Shown here: piece by piece, positions 35,819 to 46,381 of the stretch
Numbering within the stretch: the stretch's first letter is position 1
Layout of the letters: each line of letters starts with the position of its first letter
NCBI GenBank assembly: GCA_963798185.1
Contig: CAWCSJ010000013.1
Span: 217,628-281,627 of the forward strand
Length of the DNA stretch: 64,000 nt
Reading direction: 5' to 3'
Origin: an uncultured Acidobacteriaceae bacterium
GTDB taxonomy: Bacteria; Acidobacteriota; Terriglobia; Terriglobales; Acidobacteriaceae
Translations under genes and position numbers: made by a program
The notes under the pieces: model-generated
Told to the model about the DNA's origin: nothing
Database searches by the model: none
The model's input: only the letters and a program-made list of their open reading frames with translations

Positions 35819-36088
35819 CTACTCGATCGATTGCAGTTCCTTGCCAGGTTTGAAGCGAACCGCTTTGCCGGGCGGAATGTTGACTTCGGCGCCGGTACGC
35901 GGGTTGCGTCCAATGCCGGTCTTGCGCGGCCGCACGGTAAAGACGCCGAAGCCGCGCAACTCGATGCGATCGCCGCGCGCCAGCGCCTTCTTCATGCTCT
36001 CAAATACGGTTTCAACCGCGGTTTCGGCCTTGGTTTTGGTGACGCCGGTCGTGGTGACGACTTCGTTGATCAGATCCAGTTTGATCAC
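35819..36088 (-). CDS. HU/IHF-family DNA-binding protein
   Basis: 89 aa. GFGVFTVRPRKTGIGRNPRTGAEVNIPPGK beta-arm motif. Confidence 0.9.
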   Translation of the reverse strand: MIKLDLINEVVTTTGVTKTKAETAVETVFESMKKALARGDRIELRGFGVFTVRPRKTGIGRNPRTGAEVNIPPGKAVRFKPGKELQSIE

Positions 36089-36292
36089 TAGTGGCTCCGC
36101 TATCTCAGCTCGCAGGGACGAAACAACCCAGACTGCGGCAAACTGATGCGATTGTAAATGACCCGCAGCGTTTCGGTAAGTCTTAGGAAGATTTCGAGTT
36201 ATAAGCCGATGCGCGAATCGTAGTGAAGCCGGGACGCATTGTCAACAGGGCAGTGGGGCAGGGGGTCAGGAAACGGGAACAGTGCAATAGTA

Positions 36293-36384
36293 AAAGCAGG
36301 TCCCTCCGCTCAATCTCCCACCCCGCCAGCCGCAAAATCGGCGCCCGTCGGGGGCCCCGGTAAAGTCATCGGTCGGGATGACAA
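36293..36384. repeat. B-type hairpin element
   Basis: AAAGCAGGTCCCTCCGCTC ... CGCAAAATCGGCGCCCGTCGGGGGCCCCGG ... CGGTCGGGATGACAA. Confidence 0.8.
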
Positions 36385-36406
36385 ACTTTAGGTCTGTCGT
36401 TTGATA

Positions 36407-36441
36407 GTCTGACAACTGATAACTGACAACTGAAAACTGCC
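36407..36441. repeat. heptamer array GTCTGAC AACTGAT AACTGAC AACTGAA AACTGCC
   Basis: Ends 1 nt before the stop-codon complement at 36443. Confidence 0.85.
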
Positions 36442-36442
36442 T

Positions 36443-36847
36443 CTACTTCCGCGGGCCGGCTTCGCTTTCCTTATACATATATTTAATGCTGGGTTTGTAA
36501 ATCAGCAGATTGGTGGCGCCGTTGCGGTTCACTTTCAGGCAATACTTGTCGTACCACTCGATGACACCATGGACCTCTTCGCCGTCGTGCAGCACCAGGA
36601 CCATTGGCGTCTTGGTTTGCATTTGCTTCTGATAGTAAAAATTCTCGGCATGGGTCTGCTCTGGCGGCGGGGTCTTCTTGGCTCCATTCATGATGGGGCT
36701 GGGACGATCGCTGCGCGGCCGGCGTTCAGGCGCTTCCTGGCGCGGGTGGTCGTTGCGGTTAAGTGCGGGACGAATCAGCTTACGATTGGCAAACACTTCG
36801 GAGTCGAGCGCTCGACCCACGGCAGTGGAATCCATGGAATCTTTCAT
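36443..36847 (-). CDS. Hfq-like Sm-fold protein with an N-terminal extension of about 65 aa
   Basis: ATG 36847 has AGGAGC 8 nt upstream. The C-terminal PMVLVLHDGEEVHGVIEWYDKYCLKV...LLIYKPSIKY parallels the Hfq Sm1/Sm2 (YKHAI) layout. Confidence 0.6.
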   Translation of the reverse strand: MKDSMDSTAVGRALDSEVFANRKLIRPALNRNDHPRQEAPERRPRSDRPSPIMNGAKKTPPPEQTHAENFYYQKQMQTKTPMVLVLHDGEEVHGVIEWYDKYCLKVNRNGATNLLIYKPSIKYMYKESEAGPRK

Positions 36848-37049
36848 GGTGTTTGCTCCTAAGGTGGAATGCACACCAGCCTTACGGATACCGTCAACTC
36901 AAGCGTGATCTCAATGCAGGGGTCGCGGATACGCGGACTCGAATTGTCCCAGGCTTTTAAAGGTGTGTGAACTTGCAGATACCCTAACACAGCCGAATCT
37001 GCAAAACAATCCGAATACGACTTTGGCGGATTACCCTGGCTGTGCCCGC

Positions 37050-38144
37050 TTAGCGCTCCAACGAGGTTGCGAACGTGTCGAGTGCAAGCGAGCGCAGCAG
37101 GTTCCGGCGCATACCAGTTTCCAATTCTCCCAGCCGCTGCGTCGCGGTCACGATCCAGTCAAACTCTACCTGCGACGCCATCTTCTCCAACTCCGCCTGC
37201 AAGTCATGATTGCGCACCAAGTCGGGCGTTCCCGACTTCAGGAACAGCAGATCTTCCAGCAGGGAATACAGCGTCCGAACTAGCTGCTCGGTCTTGGCTT
37301 TGCCATCAGCGCCAGCGCGGTAGGCGTCGGTCACCCGGAACAGTGCGCTGTGGTCGGCACTTCCCATCGCGGGGCCAAGCAGCGCCAACGCGTCCCGGCG
37401 CGCGGCAACGTAAGCGGGCAGATCGAAACTGCGGGCCCGGCCCAGACCTCCGCCGCAGACTCGCGCGACCAGCGACCGTTCGCGGGTCTTCCATTCCGGA
37501 CGCACCTCGGCAAGATACTGTTCGACTTCAGCGGCAGCGACCGGCGCCAGACGCAGGTGCATGCAGCGTGAACGGATCGTAGGCAGCAGCGCCGCGGGAT
37601 TGTCGGTCAGCAGAAAGAGCGTGGCGAATTCCGGCGGCTCTTCCAGAATCTTGAGCAGCGAGTTGGCAGCTTCCTTCATGAAGTCGGCGTCGCTGAAAAT
37701 GTAAACCCGCTCGCGCCCCTCGACTGGCTTGTAGTAAATCTCGTGAATGACGTGGCGAATCTGGTCCACCTTCACCAGCATCTGCGGCGGGTCGGGCGGA
37801 ATGATCAGCACGTCGGGATGGGTCTGCACGAACAGGCGAGTGTCGCGCTTGTCGGCCTCGCGCAAGTTCTCGCGCGCCTCCACGGCCTCGGCAAAGCGCT
37901 CTTCCAGCGCGTCGGCTTGGGCAATTCGCACGCAGTTGCTGCAATGTCCGCAGAAATCGGGCAGCCCGTCCGTGACAGGTCGCTCCAGACAGTTCATCGC
38001 TTTCGCAACCATTTGACTCAGCGTGAATTTGCCTGAGCCCTGCGGGCCCGACAGGATTACTGCGTGGGGAAAGTGTTCGTGCGCCAGCATCTCGCGCAGG
38101 GTGTGAACAACTTCGGCATTGCCATGAAAATCAGAAAAGGGCAT
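37050..38144 (-). CDS. holB: DNA polymerase III subunit delta'
   Basis: 364 aa. GPQGSGKFT P-loop and the CGHCSNC zinc module. Adjacent to tmk. Confidence 0.85.
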   Translation of the reverse strand: MPFSDFHGNAEVVHTLREMLAHEHFPHAVILSGPQGSGKFTLSQMVAKAMNCLERPVTDGLPDFCGHCSNCVRIAQADALEERFAEAVEARENLREADKRDTRLFVQTHPDVLIIPPDPPQMLVKVDQIRHVIHEIYYKPVEGRERVYIFSDADFMKEAANSLLKILEEPPEFATLFLLTDNPAALLPTIRSRCMHLRLAPVAAAEVEQYLAEVRPEWKTRERSLVARVCGGGLGRARSFDLPAYVAARRDALALLGPAMGSADHSALFRVTDAYRAGADGKAKTEQLVRTLYSLLEDLLFLKSGTPDLVRNHDLQAELEKMASQVEFDWIVTATQRLGELETGMRRNLLRSLALDTFATSLER

Positions 38145-38156
38145 AAGGCGCTTCGG

Positions 38157-38843
38157 TCAGATGGTTGAGGCCTTTCCTTTCAGCAATCGGTCAAACACTA
38201 CGCGCATGATTTGTGGATGCACAATCTCCAACGGCGGTCGCGCATCCACCAGCACGACCCGTTGCGGCTCGCGTTTGGCGATTTCCAGAAACGCATTGCG
38301 CACCCGCGTAAAGAAAGCGTAACTCTCTTTCTCGAAGCGGTTCTCGTCCGGCGTCTCCTGGGAGGCAGCCCGGTTACGACGGCGGGCGCGCCCCACGCTG
38401 GAACTCACATCACAGTCCATAAGAATGGTGAGGTCAGGCCACAATCCGCGACAGAGCACCTTGTGCAACTGCAGCACGGCCTTGCTGCCAAGCTTCCGGC
38501 CGCCGCCCTGATAGGCTTCAGTGGAGTCGGTGAAGCGATCGCACAGTACCCACCGACCGAGTTGCAGCGCGGGCTCGATCACCTCGGCAATCAGTTGCGC
38601 GCGCGCAGCAAACATCAGCGCCATCTCGGCCCGCGGGTCCAGGCCGGCGGTGCGGGAGTCGAGCAATACCGCACGGATGCTCTCGCCGATCACCGTGCCT
38701 CCTGGTTCACGCGTGGTGACCACGTCAATTCCGCGGGCGCGCAAAACCGCTGCAAGTTTTTCTTGTTGCGTGGACTTGCCGCAACCGTCGAGTCCTTCGA
38801 AGGTGATGAACTTGCCGCGCACGGGTATGACCACCGCCATCAT
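38157..38843 (-). CDS. tmk: dTMP (thymidylate) kinase
   Basis: FITFEGLDGCGKSTQ P-loop. 228 aa. Confidence 0.9.
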   Translation of the reverse strand: MMAVVIPVRGKFITFEGLDGCGKSTQQEKLAAVLRARGIDVVTTREPGGTVIGESIRAVLLDSRTAGLDPRAEMALMFAARAQLIAEVIEPALQLGRWVLCDRFTDSTEAYQGGGRKLGSKAVLQLHKVLCRGLWPDLTILMDCDVSSSVGRARRRNRAASQETPDENRFEKESYAFFTRVRNAFLEIAKREPQRVVLVDARPPLEIVHPQIMRVVFDRLLKGKASTI

Positions 38844-38943
38844 ACCAACCTCTTATTCATCGCGATGCGGTCGATTGCGCAACAAGAAGAAGCGCGCCGT
38901 TGCCAGCGCGCCTCTTGTAGTGGATACGGTTTGTGAAGCCGGT

Positions 38944-41241
38944 TTAGTCAGCAGCGGTAGCGCCTACTGCCTCGACACCTGCCGGAACCACGCTGTCTTG
39001 TGCGTCAATCACGGCGATGGTGGTTATGTTGACGATGTCCTCAACCTCAACTCCTCGGGCCAGCAGGTGCACTGGCTTGGCCATGCCCATGAGTATGGGG
39101 CCAACCGCTTCGGCGCCGCCAACGCTGGTCAGCAGCTTGCAAGCGATATTGCTCGCTTCAAGATTGGGGAAGATCAGTACATTCGCCCCGCCTTGCAATG
39201 GGGAGAACGGGAATGCCTCTTCCATTTTCTTGGCGTTGACCGCGACGTCGCCTTGGACTTCGCCGTCGATGATGAGGTTTGGGTCGGCGTAGCGCACCAG
39301 TTCCGTCGCCCGGCGTATTTTGTCGCACGACGGATGCTTGGTACTGCCGAAGCTGGAGAAGGAGAGCATGGCCACGCGCGGTTCAATGTCGAACCGTCGT
39401 GCTTCTTCGGCGGCGCAGAGCGCGATCTCTGCCAGTTCCTCGGCGCTGGGTTCAATGTTGACCGTGGCATCGGCCAGGAAATACGGCGTGCCCTTGCGGG
39501 TGATGATGAGATAAAGGCCTGAGACTTTGTGGATGCCTTCACGAACTCCGATCACCTGTAATGCCGGACGAATGGTGTCGGCATAGTTTTGAGTGACGCC
39601 CGAGACGATGGCATCGGCGTCGCCCATACGGACCATCATGGAGCCGAAGATGTTGCGATCGTTCATCAGTTCGTCTGCCGATCCCAGGGTGACGCCGCGG
39701 CGCTGCCGCAAGCGATAGAGCTCGCGAACATATTCCTGACGACGGGGAGCGGTTTCCGGATCAACGATGGTGAAACCGTCGAGCGGCAATCCCAATTCGT
39801 CAGCCGTGCGTTGGATTTCGCTGGCGCGACCGAGCAGAATCGGAACCGCAATCTTCTCTTCCTTTAGGACATGACAGGCGCGCAGGATCTTCTGGTGCGA
39901 GCCCTCGGGGAAAACCACGCGTTTGGGATGTGCCCGGGCCTTGTGAATCATGGAGCGCATTAACTCGTGCGCTTTGCCCAGCCGCTTCTCAAGTTGCTCG
40001 CGGTAATCAGCCAGGTTCACCGGATTTTGCGCGACGCCGGTGTCCATCGCCGCTTTGGCGACGGCAGCCGCTTCCCACACCAGTACCCGCGGGTCGAACG
40101 GCTTGGGAATAATGTAGTCAACGCCAAACTTCAACGTCTCTACCCCATAGGCGCGGCAGACGGAGTCGGGAACATCTTCCTTGGCCAGCGCCGCCAGAGC
40201 GTAGGTGGCTGCCAGCTTCATTTCTTCATTGATGGTCGTTGCGTGCACATCGAGAGCGCCACGGAAGATGAACGGGAATCCCAAAACATTGTTGACCTGG
40301 TTGGGATAATCGGAACGTCCGGTTGCCATGATGAGGTCGTCACGAACGGCGCGGGCTTCGTCGTAGGTAATCTCGGGATCGGGATTCGCCATAGCAAACA
40401 CCACCGGCCGCGGACCCAGCGACGCGATCATCTCCGCGGTAAATGCGCCCTTCTTTGACAGGCCGAGCAGGCAGTCGGCGCCTTTCACAGCGTCAGCGAG
40501 GGTCCGCATTGAGGTCTCTTTGGCAAAGCGCTCCTTATATGGATTCATACCTTCTTTGCGGCCCTTATAGATGACACCTTTCGTGTCAACCATGGTGATG
40601 TTCTCGCGCTTCACGCCCATGCAGATGTAGTGTTCGGCACAGGCGATACCGGAAGCTCCGGCGCCATTGACGACTACCTTGATCTGGTCCATGCGCTTTC
40701 CGGTCAGTTCCACCGCGTTGGCCAGAGCCGCGCCGGAAATGATGGCCGTGCCGTGCTGGTCGTCGTGGAAGACGGGGATCTTCATCGTTTTCTTCAACGT
40801 TTCTTCGATGTAGAAGCACTCGGGCGCCTTGATGTCTTCGAGATTGATGCCGCCGAAGGTGGGCTCCAGCAGTTGGCAGGTCTTGATAATTTCGTCGGGA
40901 TTCTTGGTGTCGAGCTCGATGTCGAACACGTCGATGTCTGCGAATCTCTTGAACAGGACACCCTTGCCTTCCATGACCGGCTTGCCGGCCAGTGCGCCGA
41001 TGTCGCCCAGTCCCAGCACCGCGGTCCCGTTGGTGACCACTGCGACCAGGTTGCCCTTGGCTGTGTACTTGAATGCGTCCTGCGGGTTCTTCTCGATCTC
41101 CAGACAGGGATCGGCGACACCCGGTGTGTAAGCGAGACTGAGATCACGCTGGGTAAGACAAGGCTTGGTGGAAGTGACTTCGATCTTCCCCGGCCGTGAC
41201 CCAAAGTGGTAGTCGAGAGCATCCTGCTTAGTGATTGCCAT
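38944..41241 (-). CDS. maeB: NADP-dependent malic enzyme with C-terminal phosphotransacetylase-like domain
   Basis: 765 aa. N-terminus is [16 protein letters not shown], with [10 protein letters not shown] and [11 protein letters not shown]. Long PTA-like C-terminus. Confidence 0.9.
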   Translation of the reverse strand: MAITKQDALDYHFGSRPGKIEVTSTKPCLTQRDLSLAYTPGVADPCLEIEKNPQDAFKYTAKGNLVAVVTNGTAVLGLGDIGALAGKPVMEGKGVLFKRFADIDVFDIELDTKNPDEIIKTCQLLEPTFGGINLEDIKAPECFYIEETLKKTMKIPVFHDDQHGTAIISGAALANAVELTGKRMDQIKVVVNGAGASGIACAEHYICMGVKRENITMVDTKGVIYKGRKEGMNPYKERFAKETSMRTLADAVKGADCLLGLSKKGAFTAEMIASLGPRPVVFAMANPDPEITYDEARAVRDDLIMATGRSDYPNQVNNVLGFPFIFRGALDVHATTINEEMKLAATYALAALAKEDVPDSVCRAYGVETLKFGVDYIIPKPFDPRVLVWEAAAVAKAAMDTGVAQNPVNLADYREQLEKRLGKAHELMRSMIHKARAHPKRVVFPEGSHQKILRACHVLKEEKIAVPILLGRASEIQRTADELGLPLDGFTIVDPETAPRRQEYVRELYRLRQRRGVTLGSADELMNDRNIFGSMMVRMGDADAIVSGVTQNYADTIRPALQVIGVREGIHKVSGLYLIITRKGTPYFLADATVNIEPSAEELAEIALCAAEEARRFDIEPRVAMLSFSSFGSTKHPSCDKIRRATELVRYADPNLIIDGEVQGDVAVNAKKMEEAFPFSPLQGGANVLIFPNLEASNIACKLLTSVGGAEAVGPILMGMAKPVHLLARGVEVEDIVNITTIAVIDAQDSVVPAGVEAVGATAAD

Positions 41242-41512
41242 GACGGCCTCCGATACAAATGAACCTGTGATTGCGTGTAGGGGAAAATGTTCCGGCTCGA
41301 TTACGGCCGTGGCAGCTTAACGATGGAGCAGCAGGGCAGTAACACGTTGACGATCAAGTGTCTTCCACAGGAACACACGGACTCTCATGAGCCGGGAAGA
41401 AATCCCCTCATGGTCAAGCATGGGCTTGTTGCCACTTAAGCAAAAGTGCGGAAGTCACACGAGATTGTGAGGGAGAACACAAAATGGTGATCAGGGGCCA
41501 GGGACAAAGTTG

Positions 41513-41908
41513 TCAGGCCTGGCGTTTCTTCGGAGCGGCGTGCTTGACTTTTTCGGCAAGCTCCTTGGCCCGAAACTTCGCGATGCGCTCGATTAACTTC
41601 GCGGGAACAGGTTCGGAGAGCGAGAAGCGAACGGTGGCCTTGGCGATTTTGTACGGCGAAAGTTCGTCCTTGAACGCCGCGACCACGTGGTCGGACACGG
41701 GGTACAACGAGAAATGCTGCTTCCATCCAGCGAAATAAATCACCGTGTCGCCATACAGGTTGTACGCAGGGATCTGGTACGAGATTACTTCCGCAGCTTT
41801 GGGCACCGCTCTGCGGATGGCGGTCCGCACCTGCTTGAGCACGTTCTGCGCGCCCTCAGGCTGCGAGGCGATGTACTCGTCCACGGATTTGAAGTTGGTC
41901 TTGGCCAC
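41513..41908 (-). CDS. DUF1801 (YdhG-like) domain protein
   Basis: 131 aa. FKSVDEYIASQPEGAQNVLKQVR and WKQHFSLYP are present. Confidence 0.7.
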   Translation of the reverse strand: MAKTNFKSVDEYIASQPEGAQNVLKQVRTAIRRAVPKAAEVISYQIPAYNLYGDTVIYFAGWKQHFSLYPVSDHVVAAFKDELSPYKIAKATVRFSLSEPVPAKLIERIAKFRAKELAEKVKHAAPKKRQA

Positions 41909-42077
41909 GGTAGCTCCAAACTGCGCGCTTCCGTTAGGACGCCCTTTGTGCGCTCATCGAACAGCGGAAGACTGGGTATTATCGCACGGACAACTTTGGC
42001 GAGGTCGTTGTCGGCGAAGTTGAGATGAACCCAAGATTCGTGCCGAGAGTTTATACTCAAAATTTCGTGAGGACCTC

Positions 42078-42827
42078 ATGATCGACAAGAAAACCATGGC
42101 CGCGGATGAGCGGTTGCGCCAGGAATTTAACGAGTGGGCGGAGCAGGGGCGCGGCGAAGACATGGAAAACCATCACATTAGCATTACCGAGCAAACGCTT
42201 GTACATATGGCACTTAAGCCTGGCGACCGCGTACTCGACCTGGGTTGTGGCGCGGGATGGGCGAGCCGGCTGATGGCCGACGCCGTCGCCATCGGCGACA
42301 AACCCGGACAAGTGATCGGGCTGGATGTATCGGACGAAATGATTCGGCGGGCGCGTGCCGGCTCGACCTCCTACGATAACTTGATGTTCGTGGTCGGCTC
42401 CGCTCAGCAGATTCCCTGGGAGGAAAATTTCTTTGATAAGGTGCTGTCGGTGGAAAGCTTTTATTATTACGCCGATCAGGACCGCGCTCTGGCCGAACTG
42501 TTCCGGGTGATGGCGCCCCACGCCGAGATGTTTATCCTGCTCAATCTTTATAAGGACAATCCGTACTCGCTGCGCTGGGTCGAGGAGCTGAAGGTGCCGG
42601 TGCAGGCGCGGTCGGAGCAGGAGTACATCGAGTTGCTGAAGGCGCACACCTTTGAGGATGTGCGGGCGGCGCGCATTCCGGATTTAACTCCCACGCCAGA
42701 GGAGTACAGCGGAAAGTGGTTTAAGAATGCGGAGGAGTTGCGGGACTTCAAGCGGATAGGGGCGCTGTTGTTAATGGCGCGCAAGCCTGGATTTCACTCG
42801 CCGCCTCCGGGGTATGAGGTGTACTGA
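42078..42827 (+). CDS. class I SAM-dependent methyltransferase
   Basis: Motif I is VLDLGCGAGW. 249 aa. Confidence 0.8.
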   Translation: MIDKKTMAADERLRQEFNEWAEQGRGEDMENHHISITEQTLVHMALKPGDRVLDLGCGAGWASRLMADAVAIGDKPGQVIGLDVSDEMIRRARAGSTSYDNLMFVVGSAQQIPWEENFFDKVLSVESFYYYADQDRALAELFRVMAPHAEMFILLNLYKDNPYSLRWVEELKVPVQARSEQEYIELLKAHTFEDVRAARIPDLTPTPEEYSGKWFKNAEELRDFKRIGALLLMARKPGFHSPPPGYEVY

Positions 42828-42859
42828 GAGGGTGGCGCCGGAATAACGACTACATTACG

Positions 42860-42960
42860 GAACGGCTGAAGCCGTGCCCCTTCAAATCCTCAGGTTTGTA
42901 GCGTCGAGATATTCCCGGAGCGCTGAAGCACTCCTTCCCCCGCGTAAATGACGGCTTCCA
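42860..42960. repeat. REP-like multi-hairpin element (C-type)
   Basis: GGCTGAAGCC, GGAGCGCTGAAGCACTCC and CCCCCGCGTAAATGACGG units. Confidence 0.7.
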
Positions 42961-42967
42961 CCGATTT

Positions 42968-43939
42968 TCACTTGCACGACTCTACGCCGTTCTCGATGGC
43001 GGTGCCCTCCTCGTAATCGTTCCAGGTCTCGATCATGAGGAAGGGAAGCGGGCGCTGTTCGTTGTAATAACGGCGGAACATTCGCAAGGTGTCATCGAAA
43101 GTGCGGCCACAGCGCGCGCTTATCTTGCGGTTCTGGCTCCAACTGGCCTTGGCGTCGTTGAAGCCCGGCCATGCCGCTCCCACCGCAATCTTGTTGGGAT
43201 AGGTTGTGATCATGGTGCGGTAAAAGCTGTCGAGATATTGCTGGCCCCAATTGCTGCCGTCAGGTTTCCAGCCTCCGGGGCCTGGCGTCACCCAGGCATA
43301 AAAGCCGTCGAATGCATTGGCGACTTGGGGGCGGATGTCTTTGATGATCAGCAGCGGCGGCTCATCCCACGAGTTCACCGCCTGGCGCACGCGGTTCCAA
43401 TCCGTATGTCCGGCCTTGGGAAAGATGAAAATCATGGGGCGGGCATCGTAGCGCAGGTAAGCGCCGCGGGGAACGACAGCCTGTGGCCCGAGATAGCGAT
43501 CGTGCGCGTATTGCAAATCGGCGATGACGGCGTCGGTCGCGCTGGCGGGATCACTGTCGTCTTCGTCGTACATCAGCGCGACCTTGAAGTTCTTCTCCGC
43601 CGCCACTTCCTGCATCAAGGCATATGCCTTGTCTTCAAAATCATGATGCGCGCCATACCAGTTCACCACGAAGCCAGTGATTCCCAGTTGTTTGGCTTGC
43701 TCAATCTGTTTCTCGATCTGAACACGATCCTGCGACGAGTAGCCGGGATTGATATGTCCCGGGCGACCGAACCAGGGCTGGTAAGCGGCCAGCATGACCG
43801 GATTGCTGGAGCCACTCACAAACTGATTGGCGGCAAGCGCCGTGTGCATTCCCGTGTGCTGGCAGCCGGCGGCCATCAGCAAAACCATCGTTATCGCCGG
43901 CAACAGAAGCCAGCGCGCATTCATTTTCCCAGAAGACAT
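42968..43939 (-). CDS. lipoprotein, putative glycoside hydrolase (GH99/GH71-like TIM barrel)
   Basis: Lipobox LMAAGC. YQPWFG, GFVVNWYG and ETWNDYEEGTAIE resemble GH99-like motifs. Family assignment is tentative. Confidence 0.5.
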   Translation of the reverse strand: MSSGKMNARWLLLPAITMVLLMAAGCQHTGMHTALAANQFVSGSSNPVMLAAYQPWFGRPGHINPGYSSQDRVQIEKQIEQAKQLGITGFVVNWYGAHHDFEDKAYALMQEVAAEKNFKVALMYDEDDSDPASATDAVIADLQYAHDRYLGPQAVVPRGAYLRYDARPMIFIFPKAGHTDWNRVRQAVNSWDEPPLLIIKDIRPQVANAFDGFYAWVTPGPGGWKPDGSNWGQQYLDSFYRTMITTYPNKIAVGAAWPGFNDAKASWSQNRKISARCGRTFDDTLRMFRRYYNEQRPLPFLMIETWNDYEEGTAIENGVESCK

Positions 43940-44042
43940 GATTGTGACGTTAACTTTGAATAAGATTTGCCCAAGGATTCGGTCAAGAAAGTTAGATGTG
44001 GAATTGCGCGTCGGCGTTGGACGAGGAAAGAAAGCGTCTGAC

Positions 44043-44143
44043 TTGTCATCACGAGCGGGCTTCAGCCTGCGAGGGATCTGCTGTTCCTAGTTGTCGTTGC
44101 GGGCGCAAAAAAAGCAGATTCCTCGCTGCGCTCGTAATGACAA
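44043..44143. repeat. nested-palindrome MITE-like element (A-type)
   Basis: TTGTCATCACGAGCGGG...GAGGGATCTGCT...AGCAGATTCCTCGC..GCGCTCGTAATGACAA. Confidence 0.85.
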
Positions 44144-44170
44144 TTCCAGTGGGTGACGCAGGCGACGACT

Positions 44171-44887
44171 TCAAAAATGGTCGCGCAGGCGGCCAAAGCT
44201 TTCGACCTGCAGCAAGCGGCCATCGCCAATCTCACGACGCAGTTCGTCGCGCTCCAGCATCCAGGTGTTGTGGTGGGGAACAAAGACGGCGTGCAGTCCG
44301 GCTTCCAGCGCCGGGTTGATATCGGACTTGGGACTGTTGCCGATCATCCATGTGCGCTCACGCAACAAACCGTACTTCTCGACCACCGCGTTGTAGGTAG
44401 CGGCATCCTTTTCGGCCACCACTTCGATGGCGGTGAAATGCTGCTTGAGGCCGGAACGCTCGACCTTGCCCGATTGCTCTGTGATGTTGCCTTTGGTCAC
44501 CAGAAAAAGGTAGTGGCGCTGGGCAAGGTCAGCCAGCGTTTCCGCCACCTCCGGCAGGACCTCCATGGGATGCTCGGCGATGGCGTAGGCAAAGCCGCGA
44601 ATGGTTTCGTGCAGAGCGGGCGTCAGGGGCTCGACCGACAACTGCTCGAAGCATCGTACCAGCGCCAGCGCGAAGCTGTGCATACCATACCCGTGAGTGC
44701 GGATGTGGTCGCGCTCCACGTCATATAGCACCTCGCGCACCTGGTCGGGCGTGAACTCATGATGATTCAGGAACGAAATGAAGTTGGCGATCGCCCGCTC
44801 GAAATAAACGTTGTTCTCCCAAAGGGTGTCGTCGGCGTCGATGAGGAGGTGCTGGCCGGGCGGAATCTTGTGCGAGATCGGACTCAT
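44171..44887 (-). CDS. HAD-superfamily hydrolase
   Basis: Motif I is LIDADDTLW. 238 aa. Confidence 0.75.
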   Translation of the reverse strand: MSPISHKIPPGQHLLIDADDTLWENNVYFERAIANFISFLNHHEFTPDQVREVLYDVERDHIRTHGYGMHSFALALVRCFEQLSVEPLTPALHETIRGFAYAIAEHPMEVLPEVAETLADLAQRHYLFLVTKGNITEQSGKVERSGLKQHFTAIEVVAEKDAATYNAVVEKYGLLRERTWMIGNSPKSDINPALEAGLHAVFVPHHNTWMLERDELRREIGDGRLLQVESFGRLRDHF

Positions 44888-44902
44888 GGATTCGCGCCAG
44901 CC

Positions 44903-46381
44903 TCAGTGCTCTCCCGGCCCTTGCTGCATCAGACTGGCCGGCGGCGGTGGGATGGAGATATCCAGTTCCTGCACCGGGCCAAGCGTGCTCAGGGGCTTGT
45001 CGAATTCGGTGTCGTTGCCCACTACCAGCACCGCCATCCGCTCCTTGTGAACATACTTGTGCGCGACTCGCGAGACGTCCTCGGCTGTAACCTTCTCCAC
45101 TTCGCTGCGATAGCGTTCCAGAAAGTCGAGCGGATAATGATAGAACTCGTAAGCCATCTTCTCGCGCAGAACTTTTTCCGGGGTGTCGAACTGGAAGATG
45201 AATGAGTTGAGGATGTCGTCCTTAGCGCGCTTTAGTTCTTCCGGAGTGGCCGCGTTCTTTTGCAGATCATCGATCTCGTCCTGGAGTCCCTGAATGCCTT
45301 CCACGGTGCTGCCACTCTTGGTTTGCATTTGGATGTTGGTAATGCCCGGGTGGTCCCAGCCGGAACCCACACCTCCGCCAACGCTGTAGGCAAGCCCTTT
45401 CTCCGACCGGAGAGTGTCAAACAGGCGTGAGGAAAAGCTGCCGCCGAATATCTCGTTCATCACGGTGACGGCAAAGTAGTCGGGATTGCTGCGCTCGATG
45501 CCAAGGTCGAGCATGTCGATGCTGCTCTGGTTCACGTCCGTCTTGCGGACGAAATACAGGCCTGGCTTGGGTTCCGTGAACTTCATGTCCGGCTGCTTGG
45601 CCTCGGGCCCCTTCTGCCACGAATCGAATGCCTGGCGTAGCTTGACTTCCATCGACTTGGGATCGAAGTCGCCGGTGATACCGAAAATGGTGTTGTTGGG
45701 AAACACATACTGCCGGTGCCAGTTCAGCAGGTCCTCACGGGTGACCGGCGCAACCGTGGCGTACTCGGGAATGCGTGCGTAAGGATTGTCTTTGCCGTAG
45801 GCGATGATGCGGCTTTCGCGATGCACGATGGAGTCTACGTCATCGTTGCGGCGGGAAATCTCCGTGTACATCTGCTCCTTCGCCAGTTCCAGTTTGTCGG
45901 GACGGAACTCGGGATTGTGCAGCAGATCGAGAAACATCTCGAACACGGCGTCGAAGTCGCCCTTCAGACAGTTCAGCGAGATTGTGGTCGAGTCCGGCTG
46001 GTTGTCAGTTTCGATCTTGGCGGCGCGCGCCTCCAGGAAGTCGTCCATCTGGTCGCCAGTCTTCGTCTTGGTGCCACCGGTGCGCCAGACGTCGCCGTAC
46101 AGGTCCGTGAGTCCAGATTTGTTCGCGGGCTCGGAGATCGAGCCGCCACGAATGCGCGCTGTCGCATCGATTAGCGGGAGTTCATGGTCTTCCTGGAGAA
46201 AGATCACCATACCGTTCGGCAACTGAATGCGAACGGGCTCTTGGGGCTTGAATGCGGGCAGCGGCGGGGCCTGAATCTGGTTCCAGGGCTTAACCTGAGC
46301 GGGGCTGAGAGTGGCCACCAGTAACAGAAAGCAGAAGGGCGCTAACCGGACACGAAATTTGGAAATCTCAGGAGTGCTCAT
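44903..46381 (-). CDS. M16-family peptidase-like protein, non-catalytic subunit type
   Basis: 492 aa with a signal peptide. M16 fold layout, but HxxEH is replaced (LTDLYGDVWRTGGT). Confidence 0.75.
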   Translation of the reverse strand: MSTPEISKFRVRLAPFCFLLLVATLSPAQVKPWNQIQAPPLPAFKPQEPVRIQLPNGMVIFLQEDHELPLIDATARIRGGSISEPANKSGLTDLYGDVWRTGGTKTKTGDQMDDFLEARAAKIETDNQPDSTTISLNCLKGDFDAVFEMFLDLLHNPEFRPDKLELAKEQMYTEISRRNDDVDSIVHRESRIIAYGKDNPYARIPEYATVAPVTREDLLNWHRQYVFPNNTIFGITGDFDPKSMEVKLRQAFDSWQKGPEAKQPDMKFTEPKPGLYFVRKTDVNQSSIDMLDLGIERSNPDYFAVTVMNEIFGGSFSSRLFDTLRSEKGLAYSVGGGVGSGWDHPGITNIQMQTKSGSTVEGIQGLQDEIDDLQKNAATPEELKRAKDDILNSFIFQFDTPEKVLREKMAYEFYHYPLDFLERYRSEVEKVTAEDVSRVAHKYVHKERMAVLVVGNDTEFDKPLSTLGPVQELDISIPPPPASLMQQGPGEH

